From contig CALUTE010000001.1 in NCBI GenBank assembly GCA_944323645.1, forward strand, positions 138,466 through 202,465: a DNA stretch of 64,000 nt. Direction: 5' to 3'. Below are positions 22,336 to 33,826 of the stretch, piece by piece. The DNA is from an uncultured Helicobacter sp. (GTDB lineage Bacteria > Campylobacterota > Campylobacteria > Campylobacterales > Helicobacteraceae). Position 1 is the stretch's first letter; every line of letters begins with the position of its first letter. The notes beneath the pieces are model-generated. The model did no database searches and had not been told where the DNA came from. It saw only the letters and a program-made list of their open reading frames with translations. The translations under genes and the position numbers were made by a program.

Positions 22336-23790
22336 ATGAGTGCTGATATGGGAATCTTAGACACCAAACGACCGGAGTTTGACGAACTGCTTACAAAAAT
22401 CGCGAAATACGCACTAGAATACAAGATAGATTCCAAACTCGCGTATGAAACCGCGCGCTACTGCCTTATGGATACTATTGGATGTGGGCTTTTAGCACTA
22501 GAGTTTCCTGCTTGCACCAAGCTATTAGGACCAGTGGTAGAGGGAGCAGAGTTTCGCCCACTAGGAGCGAAAATCCCCGGAACAAGCTATCAGCTAGAGC
22601 CAGAGAGAGCGGCATTTAATGTCGGTGCGATGGTGCGATGGCTAGACTTTAATGATACTTGGCTTGCGGCAGAATGGGGACACCCAAGCGATAATCTTGG
22701 AGCAATTTGGGCAGTGGCAGATTATTTAAGCCGCAAAAACATCGCTGAAGGCAAAGCCCCTCTTACCGTAAAAGACGCGCTAAGTGCGATGATAAAAGCC
22801 CATGAGATTCAAGGAGTTTTAGCACTTGATAATTGCTTTAACAAAGTTGGGCTTGATCATGTGCTGCTTGTGCGTATCGCTTCTACAGCAGTAGCGTGTG
22901 CGATGCTTGGCGGGACTTTTGAAGAAGTGCGCAATGCTGTAAGCCACGCATTTATTGATGGTGGCGCATTGCGAACATATCGTCACGCACCAAACACAGG
23001 CTCTCGCAAAAGCTGGGCAGCGGGCGATGCAAGTAGCAGAGGTGTGAATCTAGCGCTTAAAGCACTAAGTGGCGAGATGGGCTACCCAAGCGCGCTAAGT
23101 GCGAAGTTCTGGGGATTTGAAGATGTGAAAATGCGAGGAGCTAAACTTACTATCCCACAAGAATTTGGCAGCTATGTAATGGAAAATGTGCTATTTAAAA
23201 TCAGCTTCCCGGCGGAATTCCACGCGCAAACTGCGGTTGAGTGCGCCCTAAAGCTTCATGATGAAGTCAAAGATAGGCTAGATTCTATCGAGAAGATCGT
23301 CATCACTACCCAAGAATCTGGACATAGAATCATCAACAAAGTAGGACCACTCGCTAATCCAGCCGACAGAGACCACTGCATTCAGTATATGGTGGCTGTG
23401 CCGCTTATCTTTGGACGATTGACTGCAGATGATTATGAAGATAGCGTGGCAAATGATCCGCGAATTGATGCATTGCGCGATAAAATGGTGGTAGAAGTTG
23501 ATGATCGCTACACTAAAGAATATTTAGAATCTGATAAACGCTCTATCGCCAATGCCGTGCAGATTTTCTACAAAGACGGTAGCCAAAGCCAAAAGGTAGA
23601 AGTGGAATATCCTATCGGGCATAGACGTCGCAGAGATGAGGGGATCCCTGTGCTTGTGGCAAAATTTGAGCGCAACATCGCACGCAAACTAAGCCCTAAA
23701 AAATGTGCCAAAATAAAAGAGGTATGCGCAAATCAAGCGAGCTTAGAATCTATGCCATTCAATGAATTTAGCGATCTATTCTCGCTTTAA
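22336..23790 (+). CDS. prpD: 2-Methylcitrate dehydratase
   Basis: MmgE/PrpD family, about 484 aa (ARYCLMDTIGCG, DFNDTWLAAEWGHPSDN). ATG 22336 preceded by caaggaga. Confidence 0.92.
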   Translation: MSADMGILDTKRPEFDELLTKIAKYALEYKIDSKLAYETARYCLMDTIGCGLLALEFPACTKLLGPVVEGAEFRPLGAKIPGTSYQLEPERAAFNVGAMVRWLDFNDTWLAAEWGHPSDNLGAIWAVADYLSRKNIAEGKAPLTVKDALSAMIKAHEIQGVLALDNCFNKVGLDHVLLVRIASTAVACAMLGGTFEEVRNAVSHAFIDGGALRTYRHAPNTGSRKSWAAGDASSRGVNLALKALSGEMGYPSALSAKFWGFEDVKMRGAKLTIPQEFGSYVMENVLFKISFPAEFHAQTAVECALKLHDEVKDRLDSIEKIVITTQESGHRIINKVGPLANPADRDHCIQYMVAVPLIFGRLTADDYEDSVANDPRIDALRDKMVVEVDDRYTKEYLESDKRSIANAVQIFYKDGSQSQKVEVEYPIGHRRRRDEGIPVLVAKFERNIARKLSPKKCAKIKEVCANQASLESMPFNEFSDLFSL

Positions 23791-23915
23791 TTAACTGCAA
23801 ACTCTAAATCAACTAAAAAGTGGATTCTGCTCTGGCAGAATCGCACACAAAATATAATAAACAACTTGTAATCTCATATCTCTAATACCTAGATGCACCA
23901 CATATCTAAGCGCAG

Positions 23916-26012
23916 CTAAAACCTATAGCTAACCTCAAACCTTGCATCAATCCCGGGATTTGGCATAGCACTTCTCACCGTAGCATCACTTAGGCGCATT
24001 GTCGCTTCATTTTTAAAGGGGCTTGTTTGTGCAATGTAAAATGTATTAAAGATATTATTTATGCTTAGGCGCATATTTAAACGCCTATTTAATGGTTCCC
24101 AGTTAATATAAAGGTTATGGATACTATATCCTGCTTTATCCACAAATCCAATTTCATCATTATAAATATCATAGCCCTCATAACGAATTCTTTGAGTAAA
24201 TTGGCTAAGCCAAGTAAATTTTAAAGCAAAACGCTCGATTTCATAATGCAAAGAAAGATTATAAATCGTGCCAGAAACCGCGCCAAGCTCCCACGTATCT
24301 TGCAAAAGATAGCCCTTGTATGTAGGAAAGCTTCGCGCAATAGAAGCATAGACTCCAAACCCTTTATAATCCGCGCCAGTACCTCCTTCATAACCAAAAA
24401 TATCCATAGGTGAGCTCATATTGGATCGCACACCAGAATGCGTATGTGTCTCACCCTCATGGTTATGATTACCATCATGGGAATGATCGTGTGCATAGCT
24501 ATTGATAAAGTTTTCAAGTCGCGAATAATATACTGCGAATCGTGCGCAAAATATCTTACCACTAAAGTCCGTATTAAATTCTACATTGTGAATATGTTCA
24601 GGTTTTAAATTTTGCTGAATTAGCACCTCATCTTCACCAAGCAATGTTGCATCACCCGGAAGTGCACCACGTGTTAAATAAGAATACGAAAGCCTAAAAC
24701 TAAGGCTATCAAGCGGCAGATATGTTGTGCTTATGGAAGGAGAGAATCCATTTGTAAGGTGATGGTTGGCATTTTTGTCCATATAGCTAAACACATCATA
24801 ACGACTCTGTGCGCTCAAAATCCAATGTGTACTGGGCATAAAATCTGTTTTGATGAAACCTCCATAAATATGTCCGCTCTCCCTTGCTTTGTTGATAGAG
24901 TTTGGGATAGCGGCTTTATCTGCGACAAAAATACCTTGATAATTTAGTCCATACTCAAGCCCAAAAAAATCAAATTGATTACTAAATCCGAGATTATAGC
25001 CAACATTACTAAAGGCAATATCTTTGCTATTAACCTCACTATGATCACTTGAAGATAAAGAAGATAAAGGCGTTAGATTCAAAGAGCGTTGATTAAAATA
25101 AAGATTGCTTTTTATACCAAGCGCACCTACTTGCTCACCTATATGCTCAAAACCAAGAGAGGCTGTATGATTCCAATTTCTGTGCGCAAAAAGCGTAAGC
25201 ATTCTGTCTGCTAGATTGGTCGCGAATGGCGCAGTTGATGTTTCGTTAAGCCCGCTATAAGACAAAGTAAGTTTGTTGTTGCGCCCTAGATTCTGATTAA
25301 TCTTAAATAGCATACTTTTATTGTTGCTTGATGACCCAGTTACTTTATTGCCATTGCCATCATAGAATCCAAGGATATTTGTTTGATTTACATATAGCAA
25401 TGCATCTGTTTTTGTTGTAGCAAAAAACCCAGCTAGATTTACTCGATACCCCAAATTGCTATACCCTCCAAGCCCTAAAAGAGCACCATATTTTTCACCT
25501 GTTGCGAGAAAATCGCGTGCATCTTTTGTTTGCATACTAATAGAGCCAGCTAGAGCACCTGCACCATTATACACACTGGGCACACCCTTTTGAACAGAAA
25601 TTTGTTTTAGCATAAGGGGATCTATAGTGATATTGCCCTGATGATGAAAAATGTTACCATATTGACTAGCATTATCAATACTCACGCTATAAAGCCTATC
25701 TTCAAGTCCTCGTATATAGACCTTTTGCGATGTTGTATTTGCCCCACCCACGCTAATACTCGGATCGAGTGCAAAAACATCACGCAAGCTTGTTGCCTGA
25801 CGTTCTTGCAAAGACTGCGCAGTCAATGTCGTAGTATTGGCATATTCGTGCTCGCGTAAGCGCTCGCGCTTTGCTTGAGCACGTACAGCAGGAAGAGTCT
25901 TTTCATCCATATCAGTAGAATCTAGCTTCTTAGATTCTGGTTCAGAATCTATTTGTGCATACATAACACCAAACAAAACAATCCATATCAAACAAAACTT
26001 CATTGCCTTCAT
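23916..26012 (-). CDS. TonB-dependent outer-membrane receptor with His-rich loop (metal uptake candidate)
   Basis: About 698 aa from MKAMKFCLIWIVLFGVMYA (signal peptide). Plug-domain-like block (VYIRGLEDRLYSVSIDN). C-terminal ...EVSYRF with terminal Phe. Loop HDHSHDGNHNHEGETHTHSG is encoded at about 24432-24497. Confidence 0.88.
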   Translation of the reverse strand: MKAMKFCLIWIVLFGVMYAQIDSEPESKKLDSTDMDEKTLPAVRAQAKRERLREHEYANTTTLTAQSLQERQATSLRDVFALDPSISVGGANTTSQKVYIRGLEDRLYSVSIDNASQYGNIFHHQGNITIDPLMLKQISVQKGVPSVYNGAGALAGSISMQTKDARDFLATGEKYGALLGLGGYSNLGYRVNLAGFFATTKTDALLYVNQTNILGFYDGNGNKVTGSSSNNKSMLFKINQNLGRNNKLTLSYSGLNETSTAPFATNLADRMLTLFAHRNWNHTASLGFEHIGEQVGALGIKSNLYFNQRSLNLTPLSSLSSSDHSEVNSKDIAFSNVGYNLGFSNQFDFFGLEYGLNYQGIFVADKAAIPNSINKARESGHIYGGFIKTDFMPSTHWILSAQSRYDVFSYMDKNANHHLTNGFSPSISTTYLPLDSLSFRLSYSYLTRGALPGDATLLGEDEVLIQQNLKPEHIHNVEFNTDFSGKIFCARFAVYYSRLENFINSYAHDHSHDGNHNHEGETHTHSGVRSNMSSPMDIFGYEGGTGADYKGFGVYASIARSFPTYKGYLLQDTWELGAVSGTIYNLSLHYEIERFALKFTWLSQFTQRIRYEGYDIYNDEIGFVDKAGYSIHNLYINWEPLNRRLNMRLSINNIFNTFYIAQTSPFKNEATMRLSDATVRSAMPNPGIDARFEVSYRF

Positions 26013-26166
26013 ACTAGCCCCTAAACTTTTATAAAACAACAAATTATAATAAAAACAACTTAGTTGCATATTAAAAATTTAGTTGTTTAAAAAATATGAA
26101 TTTGCAAATATGCAAAGTAATATCTATTTGTTTGCCATAAATTTTGTTATAATGCATAATAAAACT

Positions 26167-26526
26167 ATGGGGTTATGTATGGATGCTGTACAATTGTTGC
26201 GAAATCATCATATTCATATCACAGACCTACGTCTAGAAATGCTCGAGATACTCGCTAAAGCCAAGCAACCATTAAGCTTTGAGAGTTTTGCGCTCAATGC
26301 TAATAAAACGACTTTTTATCGCAATATGGAATTGTTTGAAAAAAATAACATTGTGATAAAATCCGAATTGCAGCGCAAATTTTTTTATGAGCTTGCCGAT
26401 ATGGCAAAGGCACATTTTGTATGCGATGTGTGCCACGAGATAAAAGATGTTGAAGTTCCTCCAATAAAAGGCAAAGTCAAGAGTGTGCTTATAAAAGGTG
26501 TGTGTGAGGAATGCGATACACACTAA
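26167..26526 (+). CDS. Fur-family metalloregulator (short form; Zur/PerR-like, subtype unresolved)
   Basis: About 116-120 aa. Winged-helix N-terminus (ITDLRLEMLEILAKAKQPLS) and two CXXC pairs (CDVCHEI ... CEECD). Divergent from the TonB-dependent receptor. Start at 26167 or 26179. Confidence 0.75.
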   Translation: MGLCMDAVQLLRNHHIHITDLRLEMLEILAKAKQPLSFESFALNANKTTFYRNMELFEKNNIVIKSELQRKFFYELADMAKAHFVCDVCHEIKDVEVPPIKGKVKSVLIKGVCEECDTH

Positions 26527-26803
26527 TCTTTACAATAAGTTTTTATTAAACAAAAAGCAACTTATTAGCTTCGATCATAACTCCATAGATTCTGGTATAA
26601 CTAAAAGAATAAATAACAAACTGCTCATAATGCTCATCAACACGCCGATTGCACTCTATAAATATGCCCTATAGATTATCTTAATTAGTTTTGGGGATAA
26701 AGGCACAATACAAAAGGCATCATCTCTGCAAACATTGCAGGAAGTCATATACAGAGAGCTTTGCTTGGATTATGTTAGCTATTCTCTATTGATTCTACCT
26801 TAA

Positions 26804-28417
<1,614 letters not shown>

Positions 28418-28597
28418 AGATTGATGAGATATACGACACCTTGATAATATTTTCGAGTGAGACCCCAAAGAATTTGAATTTTAAAGACTATCGCGCTTGT
28501 GCGTGGTATTAGATAAAATTGTCTAAACAGCGATAATTTGTTCGCAATAACTCTTGTCAAACAAATGGCAAACTAACACAACATAAAAGGAAGAAAT

Positions 28598-29578
28598 ATG
28601 GCAAAAAACGACTTACTTGGTGGCGCCCTCTGGGACGCATATAGCAAAAAAGTTAGTGAAAGAATGGACAACCCCACACATTTGGGCGTGCTGACACAAA
28701 AGGACGCAGAGGCTAGGGGGGCAAAACTCATCGTAGCAGACTATGGTGCAGAATCTTGTGGCGATGCAGTGCGATTGTATTGGCTGGTGGATTCTAATGA
28801 TGTGATTATCGATGCGAAGTTTAAGAGCTTTGGTTGTGGGACAGCGATTGCAAGCTCGGATATGATGGTGGAGCTTTGCCTTGGCAAAAAGGTGCAAGAC
28901 GCGGTAAAAATCACCAATCTTGATGTGGAGAGGGCATTGCGTGATGATCCCGATACACCTGCAGTACCGGGGCAAAAAATGCATTGCTCGGTAATGGCGT
29001 ATGATGTGATAAAAAAGGCAGCGGGTATGTATCTAGGCAAGAGTGAAGAGGATTTTGAAGATGAAATCATCGTGTGTGAGTGCGCACGCGTGAGCCTTTC
29101 AACGATTAAAGAGGTGATTAAGCTTAATGACCTAAAAACCGTGGAGGATATCACAAACTACACCAAAGCTGGGGCGTTTTGCAAAAGCTGTGTTAAACCC
29201 GGTGGGCATGAGAAAAGAGAATATTATCTCGTGGATATTTTAGCCGATGTGCGTGCAGAGATGGATCGCGAAGCCCTCAAGGACAATGTCGCTAAGAGTG
29301 CAAGTGGCGAGCTAGCGTTTAAAGATATGACAATGGTGCAAAAAGTTAAGGCAGTAGATTCTATTATCGATGAGCAGGTGCGTCCGATGCTTATGATGGA
29401 TGGGGGGAATATGGAGATTTTGGATATTAAAGATTCTAGTGATGGGCATATTGATGTGTATATCCGCTATCTTGGGGCGTGCAGTGGCTGTGCGAGTGGG
29501 GCGACAGGTACGTTGTATGCTATAGAATCTGTCTTGCAAGAGAATCTTGACCCAAGTATCCGTGTGTTTCCGATATAA
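28598..29578 (+). CDS. nifU: NifU Fe-S cluster scaffold protein (three-domain)
   Basis: 326 aa. N-terminal IscU-like cysteines (AESCGD, FGCGTAIAS, HCS), central CxxC pairs, and a C-terminal NifU domain (GACSGCASG). Confidence 0.93.
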   Translation: MAKNDLLGGALWDAYSKKVSERMDNPTHLGVLTQKDAEARGAKLIVADYGAESCGDAVRLYWLVDSNDVIIDAKFKSFGCGTAIASSDMMVELCLGKKVQDAVKITNLDVERALRDDPDTPAVPGQKMHCSVMAYDVIKKAAGMYLGKSEEDFEDEIIVCECARVSLSTIKEVIKLNDLKTVEDITNYTKAGAFCKSCVKPGGHEKREYYLVDILADVRAEMDREALKDNVAKSASGELAFKDMTMVQKVKAVDSIIDEQVRPMLMMDGGNMEILDIKDSSDGHIDVYIRYLGACSGCASGATGTLYAIESVLQENLDPSIRVFPI

Positions 29579-29593
29579 AGAAGCTTAGTAATT

Positions 29594-30714
29594 ATGGTGA
29601 GCAGAAATTCGCATTTAGGGGCACTAGATAGTTTTCGAGGGATTGCGGCACTCAGTGTAGTGGTGTTTCATTTATCTATCGTTGGTGCTATTAGTGAATG
29701 GGAGTTTTTTAGGCATTCTGGCTTGTTTGTGCCATTTTTCTTTGTGCTAAGTGGCTTTGTCATCGCCTATGTGTATGATAAGGCTTCTTTTAGTATGAAA
29801 AACTTTATGATTGCACGAAGCTTTAGAATCTTGCCTTTATATTATGTGTTACTTTTTGCTTTTCTTATCCTAGAGTGTCTTAAATATGTGCTATACCATA
29901 AACTTGGAATCTTCAACAACACTCCCTTTAGCGATAAAAATGGCATAGAGCAGATTCTGCCAAATATCCTACTACTCCAATCATGGCTTTCTTGGACATA
30001 TCCGCTTTCTTTTAACGCCCCCGCTTGGAGTTTGAGTGTCGAGTGGTATCTTTACATACTTTTTGGACTTGCGATGTTTGCGCCAAGGCTTATGCGCTAT
30101 AGTATAGTGCTATTGTGTGTAGTTGGTGCGTATTTGCATTGGTTTGGTTTTTTGACCAATGAAAGTATTAGTGGTATCTTGCACTTTGGTAGCGGTATGC
30201 TTATCTATCTTATGTTTAGTTTGTGCAAAAACAAAAACCTCGCACCTTTAACACTCACGCTACTTGAACTATGTGCGCTTGTTGTGGGTATTTGGGTGGT
30301 GTATAGTGGTGCTGGAAAATATGCTGTGCTTGCCTTTAGTGCGCTTATTTTGGTGTTTGCCCTTTCATCACACGCCAATATTGCGACTTCTAAGGGGGGG
30401 GGGGGCTAATAACCTTTGTGTTAGAATCTAAACCTTTGTTTTTCTTTGGCACTCTCTCATATAGTATTTATATCTCACATTCTTTTGTGATTGCTCTTAT
30501 AAATATACCCCTAAGATTTTTCACAAAATACGGGTATTACGAGATGAAATATATAGGCGAGAGATTCTACATAGATTTTCATAACCCAATCTTTGCAAAC
30601 CTTTATCTAGTACTAAATCTCTGTATTGTCGTGCTTGTTGCCTATGTTTTACACAAATACATAGAACAACCCTGCATAGCATTTGGTAAAAAGCTATGCA
30701 GCAAAAGTAAATAA
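29594..30714 (+). pseudogene. Acyltransferase family 3 (OafA/YrhL-like) gene split by a frameshift at a G12 tract; phase-variable, OFF in this sequence
   Basis: ORF 29594-30409 (multi-TM, FRGIAALSVVVFH motif) stops just after the G run. ORF 30418-30714 (GTLSYSIYISH motif, the C-terminal half of the family) is in another frame. Reading through by hand, G13 or G10 would fuse them (...ATSKGGGGLITFVLESKPLFFFG...). Confidence 0.85.
30394..30405 (+). repeat. Homopolymeric G12 tract (contingency locus)
   Basis: Counted from the printed blocks: g30394-g30405, inside the acyltransferase reading frame. Confidence 0.9.
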
Positions 30715-30905
30715 TTAAACAAGCTTACATTGATTGGATTCTGTCATAATTAGCTTGCAATGCATAGCCTAAACTACCTTCAATTCTATGCTTCAAAATC
30801 TACAAGAAGCACAGGGGATAGTATGTAAGAATTTGTCTCCAAAAGACCAAGAGATTCTAGAATCTACAAGGATAGCTAGAATCTTAACACAAAATAGAAT
30901 TCAAA

Positions 30906-31604
30906 TTATGATTCCAGATTCCAGTCAAAAGGCTCTTGCCCCATCGATAAAAAAGCCTTTTGCGCTTGAACAAACACACCACTTCCTATAAATCCCTTTG
31001 CAAGCGGACTTGGATGTGGAGCTTGGATAATTTTATGCATACGCTCATCAATAAGATGGGCTTTTGATCGTGCATAGTTTCCCCATAACATAAATACTAT
31101 CCCCTGTCGTGCTGCGCAAAGCTTAGTAATAATTGCATTTGTGAAATGTTCCCAACCAAAATGCCTATGTGAGCCTGCTTTGCCTTTTTCTACACTTAAA
31201 ATTGCATTAAGCATAAGCGCCCCTCGCTTTGCCCATACACTTAAATCACCTGTGTTTGGAATCTTTATACCAAGTGTTTTGTGGAGCTCTTGATAAATAT
31301 TGCGTAAGCTTGGTGGCGGTGGTACGCCATTTGGTACGCTAAAGCTTAACCCCATAGCCTGAGGAATCTCTTGCCCTTGCACCATAACACTTCCGTGATA
31401 AGGATCCTGCCCAATAATAACAATACGAACACGTGATGGTGGTGTAAGATTGAGAGCATAAAATGTATGCTTAGCTTGTGGAAAAATTATCTGCTTAGAT
31501 TCTAGAGCAGCCTTGTAGTGCGCAATAATTTGTGCAAAATAGGGTTTGGTAAATTCATCACCCAGAAGCTCAATCCATTCTTTATCTAAGGTTTTTGGGA
31601 TCAT
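30906..31604 (-). CDS. ung: Uracil-DNA glycosylase
   Basis: GQDPYH motif, HPSPL motif, and size of about 232 aa. ATG at 31604; the track starts at TTG 31610. Confidence 0.95.
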   Translation of the reverse strand: MIPKTLDKEWIELLGDEFTKPYFAQIIAHYKAALESKQIIFPQAKHTFYALNLTPPSRVRIVIIGQDPYHGSVMVQGQEIPQAMGLSFSVPNGVPPPPSLRNIYQELHKTLGIKIPNTGDLSVWAKRGALMLNAILSVEKGKAGSHRHFGWEHFTNAIITKLCAARQGIVFMLWGNYARSKAHLIDERMHKIIQAPHPSPLAKGFIGSGVFVQAQKAFLSMGQEPFDWNLES

Positions 31605-31728
31605 TGTCAAGATCCTTGTTCCAAATTTATGCTAGAGCATTGTACTACAACTGATAAAATTAGCCAAGACTATCTACAATTACACAAAACAGTAGTACAA
31701 TTACACCATATTGTTGCAAAGGGATATT

Positions 31729-32781
31729 ATGAAAATAGCCATTAATGGTTTTGGGCGTTTGGGGCGCTGTATCGCCCGCATAGCACTTATGCGAGATATC
31801 CAAATTGTAGGCATAAACGATGTAGCAAACCACCAAAATCTTGCCTATTTACTAGAAAAAGATTCTATGCATGGCGCACTTAACGCCAAGGTTTGGCTAG
31901 AAAATGACTCCTTAAACATAGCCGCTAAAGATAGTAACACAAAAACAAACAATCAAGAACTTACCAGTGCAAGCCACCCCTATAAATACAAAAAAACTAT
32001 TCCTATGTTTGCCCATAAAAACCCAGAGGAATTAGATTTTGGCGCACTTGGAGCTGATGTTGTGATAGAATCTAGTGGTCAATTTTTACAAACCAAAGAT
32101 GTAGCACATCATCTTAAAAAGGGTGTGCGACGCGTAATTATTTCTGCACCAGCTAGCGATGATACAAAAACATTTGTACTTGGTGTTAATCATCACAACT
32201 ACGCTGGAGAATCTATTATTTCAAATGCTTCTTGCACAACGAATTGTCTTGCACCAATTGCTATGATTTTGGAACGAGAGTTTGGGATTTGTGAAGCTAC
32301 ATTAAGCACAATCCATAGTTATACCAACGACCAAAACCTACTTGATGTTCCACATCGAAGTGATAAGCGCCGATCGCGCGCAGCAGGAATAAACATCATT
32401 CCGACTTCAACCGGTGCAGCAAAAGCTTTGTATAAAGTTATTCCTTCACTAAGAGGCAAAATCCACGGACATAGCTTGCGTGTTCCGGTGGCAGATGTCT
32501 CTATGGTGGATCTTAATGCATATTTGGCAAAAAGTGTGAGTGCGAAGACACTTAATGAGCTTTTTATTGCAGAATCCAACGGAAATTTACGCGGAATTCT
32601 TGGTGTAGATGATGATTTTGGTGTAAGTAGTGACTTTTTGAACGATTCACGCAGTGCAATTGTGGCACAAGACTTGACTTTTGTGCTTGATAAGATGTGC
32701 AAGGTTATGGCTTGGTATGATAATGAATGGGGCTATTCGCACAGAATCCTTGATATGGCTGCATATATTTTAGGTAGATAG
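31729..32781 (+). CDS. gap: Glyceraldehyde-3-phosphate dehydrogenase (type I)
   Basis: MKIAINGFGRLGR Rossmann N-terminus, catalytic SNASCTTNCLAP, and WYDNEWGYS near the C-terminus. ATG 31729. Confidence 0.93.
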   Translation: MKIAINGFGRLGRCIARIALMRDIQIVGINDVANHQNLAYLLEKDSMHGALNAKVWLENDSLNIAAKDSNTKTNNQELTSASHPYKYKKTIPMFAHKNPEELDFGALGADVVIESSGQFLQTKDVAHHLKKGVRRVIISAPASDDTKTFVLGVNHHNYAGESIISNASCTTNCLAPIAMILEREFGICEATLSTIHSYTNDQNLLDVPHRSDKRRSRAAGINIIPTSTGAAKALYKVIPSLRGKIHGHSLRVPVADVSMVDLNAYLAKSVSAKTLNELFIAESNGNLRGILGVDDDFGVSSDFLNDSRSAIVAQDLTFVLDKMCKVMAWYDNEWGYSHRILDMAAYILGR

Positions 32782-32931
32782 ATTCAGATTTGGCGCAGCT
32801 TTGCCCACATTTTAGATTCTGTATAATGCTCTTGTTTTGTGTGATTTAAGCGCCAAAGATCAAGAATTTAGATTCTGTTGCATTGAGGCGATGGTTGCAA
32901 TTTTTAAAATCCACGGACTGCATAAATTCTA

Positions 32932-33801
32932 TCAAAGCATTTCATCTTCGTTGATGGATTCTATATTTTTTTCAAGCTTAAAACACTGCAATATACCCTG
33001 ACACGAACGCATACCAAAGAGCATAACAAGCCAAGAAAGATAAATCCATGCCATTAAAAATAATATAACAGAAACCGAACCATACAAGGTTGTATATGTT
33101 TTATTAAGCGTTACATAATATACAAAAATATTTTTTAATAAAAACCAAATGCTCCCAGAGATAAAAGACGAAACAATCAATGTCTTTTTGTGCAGAGGTT
33201 TATTTGCCGAAATGCGAAAAAGTACCAAAAACAGTACACAAGCAGCAAACCACGAAAACAAATCTGAATAAATTGGTAATCTAGAATGCTCATCTAGAAT
33301 CTGCTGTGCGCTCATACTGAAATAAAATATCGCAGCAATTCCTAATGGAAAAAGCGTGATCATTGTCCAATACATTACAAGTGAATCAAAAAATTTGCGT
33401 GGTTTTGAATTGAACATTTTGGAAGTGATAAATTCATAATTGCGAAAAAAAAGTAGCGAAACTATAAAAATAGAAACTACGCCAATTATTCCCATTTTTG
33501 ATCCATTTTCTAAAAAGGTATGCATAAAATTAACCACAATTTCTGCATTGGTGGGTAGGAGACTCGATAGAATCAAGCCTTGAATATCTTCGATTTTATC
33601 TTGAAAATGCGAAAATGCAAGCAGTATAGAAAATGTGATAAACAGTATTGGGATTAACGCAAAAATCGTATAAAAACTAAGCGATGCAGCATAATAGAAC
33701 ATCTCTTGTCGATACGTTAAAAATCGATATGCAACACCAAAAAAGAATATTGATCTTTTAGCAAAATCTTTGCAATGAGCAATATGTGCGGTGATTTTCA
33801 T
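32932..33801 (-). CDS. YihY/BrkB (ribonuclease BN-like) family membrane protein
   Basis: 289 aa with about 6 TM helices. The ...AASLSFYTIFALIPILF... block is typical of the YihY family. Confidence 0.75.
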   Translation of the reverse strand: MKITAHIAHCKDFAKRSIFFFGVAYRFLTYRQEMFYYAASLSFYTIFALIPILFITFSILLAFSHFQDKIEDIQGLILSSLLPTNAEIVVNFMHTFLENGSKMGIIGVVSIFIVSLLFFRNYEFITSKMFNSKPRKFFDSLVMYWTMITLFPLGIAAIFYFSMSAQQILDEHSRLPIYSDLFSWFAACVLFLVLFRISANKPLHKKTLIVSSFISGSIWFLLKNIFVYYVTLNKTYTTLYGSVSVILFLMAWIYLSWLVMLFGMRSCQGILQCFKLEKNIESINEDEML

Positions 33802-33826
33802 AGTTTTCTTTCCTTAGAGATTTTGC

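Noticed and set aside
30788-30991. 67-aa ORF in the acyltransferase/ung convergent spacer
   Set aside because: It overlaps the 3' end of ung. Its sequence is largely dictated by three AGANTCT motif copies (QEILESTRIARIL). It has no RBS.
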